Of a DNA stretch of 64,000 nucleotides, positions 61,334-64,000 are shown piece after piece. Location of the stretch: contig OY969804.1 in assembly GCA_963703275.1 (NCBI GenBank), forward strand, positions 1,171,154 through 1,235,153, read 5' to 3'. Position 1 is the first letter of the stretch. Each line of letters begins with the position of its first letter. Source of the DNA: an uncultured Actinomycetes bacterium. GTDB taxonomy: Bacteria; Actinomycetota; Thermoleophilia; Gaiellales; JAICJC01. A program made the translations under genes and the position numbers. The notes under the pieces were generated by a model. That model did not search any database. It was not told the DNA's origin and saw only the letters and a program-made list of their open reading frames with translations.

Positions 61334-62128
61334 ATGTCAGCGGCCAACGTCGACCCGGGGCTCGTGCTGCGCCGGCGGCAGGTTCGCCGCTCGGAGGGCA
61401 GGCGCCGCCTGGTCGTGCTCGCCGGCACGATCGCGATGATGCTCCTGCCGGTCTTCTACTGGGCGCTCGAGCACTCGCCAGTGTTCTCGATCTCGCAGGT
61501 GACGGTCGCCGGGGCAAGCCCGCGGGTGGCGGCCCAGGTGCGGGCGGTGGTCGCCGGGGACGTCGCCGGCAAGAGCCTGCTCCAGGTCGACGCCCCGGCG
61601 CTCGCGGCCCGGCTCGAGGCGCTGCCCGACGTGAGGCTGGCGCGGGTCGACCGGGCCTTCCCCCACGACGTGGACGTGTCGGTGGTGATGGAACACGCGG
61701 CGGCCTTCGTCCGGGCGGGCACGGCCCGCTACGTCATCTCCTCCGACGGCCGGGTGCTGCGGACGGTCACGCGCGCGCCGGCGCACCTTCCCCTGGTGAT
61801 CATGTCCCCGGGGCCGGCGCCCGTCACCGGCCACGCGGTCGACTCGGCCCAGATGCGGATGGCGCTGCGAGTCCTCACCGGCATCCCGGCGAGCTTCGAG
61901 CGCGGCATCGGCGGCGCGCGCCTGAAGGGCGTTGTCACAAACACCGGCGGAGTGGTGGCCGTGTTCGGGCATGGGCTGCGGGTACCCCTCGGCACCACAA
62001 GCGAGCTGACGCTCAAGCTGCGGGTGGCGGCCAAGGTCCTGAGCGAGATGAGCGCCTCGATCCGGCGCTCCGTTGCGTACGTCAACGTCTCGGCTCCGGC
62101 CCGCCCGACCGTGGGCTACAAGAAATAA
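61334..62128 (+). CDS. ftsQ: FtsQ/DivIB-type division protein (POTRA)
   Basis: TM helix, then FSISQVTVAGAS...VDAPALAARLEALPDVRLARVDRAFPHDV. Position is between murB and ftsZ. Confidence 0.75.
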   Translation: MSAANVDPGLVLRRRQVRRSEGRRRLVVLAGTIAMMLLPVFYWALEHSPVFSISQVTVAGASPRVAAQVRAVVAGDVAGKSLLQVDAPALAARLEALPDVRLARVDRAFPHDVDVSVVMEHAAAFVRAGTARYVISSDGRVLRTVTRAPAHLPLVIMSPGPAPVTGHAVDSAQMRMALRVLTGIPASFERGIGGARLKGVVTNTGGVVAVFGHGLRVPLGTTSELTLKLRVAAKVLSEMSASIRRSVAYVNVSAPARPTVGYKK

Positions 62129-62170
62129 GGCTGAAGTTGAGGTATAGAGTGAGCCCTCCTAACCTTCTGC

Positions 62171-62199
62171 TTGACACCGAGAGTCGGGACGGCTAGTCT
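62171..62199 (+). promoter_or_regulatory. Candidate ftsZ promoter
   Basis: TTGACA (62171-62176)-N17-TAGTCT (62194-62199) in the 178-nt ftsQ-ftsZ spacer. Confidence 0.5.
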
Positions 62200-62306
62200 G
62201 CCCTCTGCGCCCGAAAGGCAGCCTGGCTGCGCTGTGCCTTCCGGGCGGGGGATTTGCGATGTCATAGTCGAACCCTCGAGTAGAGGGTCAGGTTAGGGGT
62301 AGGACG

Positions 62307-63404
62307 ATGAGAGATCCGAGCGGCAACTATCTGGCGGTCATCAAGGTCGTCGGCGTCGGCGGCGGCGGCACCAATGCGGTCAACCGCATGGTCGACGCGG
62401 GGTTGCGCGGCGTGGAGTTCATCGCCGTCAACACCGACGCCCAGGCGCTCCTGATGTGCGACGCCGACGTCAAGATCCACATCGGTTCCAAGATCACCCG
62501 CGGCTTGGGCGCCGGGGCCGATCCCGCCATCGGCCTCGAGGCGGCGACCGAGAGCCGTGACGAGCTCAAGGAGGCGCTCAAGGGCGCGGACATGGTGTTC
62601 GTCACCGCCGGCAAGGGCGGCGGCACCGGCACGGGCGCGGCGCCCGTGATCGCCGAGATCGCGCGCGAGCTGGGGGCACTGACCGTTGGCGTCGTCACCC
62701 GCCCGTTCGGGTTCGAGGGCCGCAAGCGGGCCGAGCAGGCCGACGGCGGCATCAAGCAGCTGCGCGAGAAGGTCGACACGCTCATCATCATCCCCAACGA
62801 CCGGCTGCTGCAGGTCGTCGAGAAGCGCACGTCGATCGTGGACGCGTTCCGGATCGCCGACGACGTCCTGCGCCAGGGCGTACAGGGCATCACCGACCTG
62901 ATCACGGTTCCCGGCCTGATCAACCTCGACTTCGCCGACGTGCGCACGATCATGCGCCAGGCCGGCTCCGCGCTCATGGGCATCGGGGTCGCCGGCGGCG
63001 AGAACCGGGCGGCCGATGCCGCCAAGGCCGCGATCTCATCGCCGCTGCTCGAGGCCTCCGTCGAGGGCGCGACCGGGATCCTCCTGAACATCACGGGCGG
63101 CACCGACATGGGCCTCTTCGAGGTCAACGAGGCGGCCGAGATCATCGGCAGCGCCGCCGACGGCGATGCGAACATCATCTTCGGCGCGGTCATCGACGAG
63201 GCGCTCGGCGACCAGGTGCGGGTGACCGTGATCGCGACGGGCTTCGACCGCCAGAGCCCCGATCGGCCCGCCGCCGCGTTCGCGGCCGGCTCGCGCCGGG
63301 AGCCGCCGGCCCGCCGTCCCGCCGAGCCGGCGGGCGACGACACCGGGCAGTTCACGATGCCGCCCGACGCGCTCGAGATCCCGTCGTTCCTGCGCGACGA
63401 GTAG
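62307..63404 (+). CDS. ftsZ: Cell division GTPase FtsZ
   Basis: [26 protein letters not shown], and [11 protein letters not shown], with the C-terminal peptide [10 protein letters not shown]. Confidence 0.95.
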   Translation: MRDPSGNYLAVIKVVGVGGGGTNAVNRMVDAGLRGVEFIAVNTDAQALLMCDADVKIHIGSKITRGLGAGADPAIGLEAATESRDELKEALKGADMVFVTAGKGGGTGTGAAPVIAEIARELGALTVGVVTRPFGFEGRKRAEQADGGIKQLREKVDTLIIIPNDRLLQVVEKRTSIVDAFRIADDVLRQGVQGITDLITVPGLINLDFADVRTIMRQAGSALMGIGVAGGENRAADAAKAAISSPLLEASVEGATGILLNITGGTDMGLFEVNEAAEIIGSAADGDANIIFGAVIDEALGDQVRVTVIATGFDRQSPDRPAAAFAAGSRREPPARRPAEPAGDDTGQFTMPPDALEIPSFLRDE

Positions 63405-63420
63405 CGGTCCCGCGCGAGGG

Positions 63421-63546
63421 CTAACGATCGTCGTGTGCGGCCCACCAGCCGGGGTGGGCGACCCGTGTGCGCCCGATGACGTGCGCGAGCACCATCACCG
63501 CGACCAGCCCGCCGACGAGCACGAGGGCGAGCCCCAGGAGCGCCAT
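63421..63546 (-). CDS. Possible 41-aa single-TM peptide
   Basis: Own translation: MALLGLALVLVGGLVAVMVLAHVIGRTRVAHPGWWAAHDDR*. High GC3. Below the ORF-track size cut-off, so speculative. Confidence 0.3.
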   Translation of the reverse strand: MALLGLALVLVGGLVAVMVLAHVIGRTRVAHPGWWAAHDDR

Positions 63547-63583
63547 CACAATGACGCTGCGTCCGCCGTTCACGGCGCCGATG

Positions 63584-64000
63584 CTACCCGCTGAGCTTGG
63601 GCAGCTGCGACAGGTAGACGGGGTGCGCCGGGGCCGTCAGCGCGACGGGCCGGTTCCACTGCCCGAAGACGATGACTCCGTGATGCGAACCGGACTGCAC
63701 GAGCTCGAGCGGGTACGGCACTCCCGATGCGGCGACATAGAGGGTTCCGGCGCCGGTCGAGTCGCGCAGCCCGATCACGGAGACGCCGTGCAGCGTGCGC
63801 GTGCCGGTCTTAACGACGGACCCGTTGGGCGTGAGGATCGTGGCCAGGAGCGTCTGCATGTCGGTCAGGCCGCTGAATGCGCTGAAACGGGTGTCCGACA
63901 CAGGCACCTTCAGCCACCGTCCCTCCAGCATGTGGGCGCCGGCGGCCGTCGTGAAGTGGGTGTAGAAGGCCCTGCTGTGACCGCTGCTGCCCGTGAAGTA
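63584..64000 (-). CDS. Hypothetical protein, 5' end probably beyond the right edge
   Basis: ORF 63584..63931. The same frame stays open to position 64000 (YFTGSSGHSRAFYTHFTTAAGAH upstream of the first Met). I recognise no domain. Confidence 0.5.
   Translation of the reverse strand, partial: YFTGSSGHSRAFYTHFTTAAGAHMLEGRWLKVPVSDTRFSAFSGLTDMQTLLATILTPNGSVVKTGTRTLHGVSVIGLRDSTGAGTLYVAASGVPYPLELVQSGSHHGVIVFGQWNRPVALTAPAHPVYLSQLPKLSG

Overview
Very GC-rich, gene-dense chromosomal window. I saw no rRNA, tRNA, transposase, integrase or CRISPR array. Gene content and style suggest an actinobacterial-type genome, possibly a deep-branching class such as Thermoleophilia or Rubrobacteria (inference only). 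The supporting signs are a fused PafBC, LCP, DUF929+VKOR, NrtR, many GTG/TTG starts, long chains of 4-nt ATGA/GTGA start-stop overlaps, and a dcw cluster without ftsA. Left to right the window holds: hpt; an archaeal-type cyclic-2,3-diphosphoglycerate cassette (metallophosphoesterase-cpgS-2PGK-glpX); housekeeping genes (crotonase, DUF59, bioY, queG, ArsR/YCII); fused PafBC divergent from dinB; an HDAC-like gene; a 116-bp tandem repeat; an AlsS-like/ALDH operon; two paralogous secreted proteins of unknown function; two Flp-like pilin genes; GH10 xylanase; GT2 synthase plus epimerase; and a decayed patch (truncated and frameshifted GntR, split membrane protein). After that patch comes an 8-gene translationally coupled two-component-system + tad pilus operon that ends at a relic of a trans-sulfuration gene. 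The rest is LCP; DUF929-VKOR; the NrtR-pncB-pncA::nadE NAD salvage operon; a primary-like sigma factor; NlpC/P60; and the full dcw cluster mraZ..ftsZ (48.0-63.4 kb). Many long ORFs in the supplied track are alternate-frame artefacts of the high GC content and are not reported. CDS coordinates are anchored on the ORF track. Short-motif coordinates were counted by eye and may be off by 1-2 nt. All family calls come from motif recognition without database searches.
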